Of a stretch of 64,000 bases of DNA, positions 63,890 to 64,000 are shown piece by piece (within the stretch, counting starts at the first letter, position 1; each line of letters starts with the position of its first letter). The notes under the pieces were generated by a model. It saw nothing but the letters and a program-made list of their open reading frames with translations, did no database searches and was not told the origin of the DNA. Origin of the DNA: an uncultured Fibrobacteria bacterium (GTDB taxonomy: Bacteria > Fibrobacterota > Fibrobacteria > UBA11236); assembly GCA_963716395.1 (NCBI GenBank), contig OY970309.1, positions 3,648,001-3,712,000 on the forward strand, given 5' to 3'. The translations under genes and the position numbers were made by a program.

Positions 63890-64000
63890 GCGCTTCCCCT
63901 TTCACCGCCCGTACCGCATGGGCGATGCCGAAATCCAAAGACAGCGCGTGCACCTCGGCGAAGCCTTGCGCGCGGCATAAGGCGGCGTATTCTTCCACCG
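63882..64000 (-). CDS. C-terminus of a UbiE/MenG-like methyltransferase (truncated by window edge)
   Basis: Reads VEEYAALCRAQGFAEVHALSLDFGIAHAVRAVK...stop, overlapping the ubiX start. Confidence 0.55.
   Translation of the reverse strand, partial: VEEYAALCRAQGFAEVHALSLDFGIAHAVRAVKGEAHG

Overview
GC-rich bacterial chromosome segment from a diderm organism, possibly Fibrobacterota-like (inferred from gene content only). In order, the window holds: (1) a biotin operon (bioD-bioF-bioH-like-bioC) interrupted by a PD-(D/E)XK nuclease + Dam-family methyltransferase pair; (2) a minus-strand PBP1A-lipoprotein-nadC-coaX-uxs operon, then tRNA-Ser and gltX; (3) a ~20 kb nitrogen-scavenging island (16.0-36.0 kb) with two porin+P-II modules, a urease cluster, the urtABCDE urea ABC transporter, two divergent amt genes and sigma54-type promoters; (4) tRNA-Pro, purLQ, tRNA-Arg and a small accessory cassette (VOC, 2x SRPBCC, MFS, GH28); (5) rho, gatB, trmB; (6) an atypical type II secretion/type IV pilus-like cluster downstream of der-plsY-merR; (7) menaquinone-type prenylation genes. 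The most notable signals are a urease set that looks eukaryote-type (plant/fungal-like fused gamma-beta subunit, His-rich UreG, UreD/F/G but no UreE), the duplicated porin-P-II modules, a pseudopilin with tandem EF-hand loops, and the R-M-like pair inside the biotin operon. Three single-base frameshifts probably reflect sequencing indels. No CRISPR array, rRNA, integrase or transposase was seen. All family calls are by motif recognition; no database searches were run.
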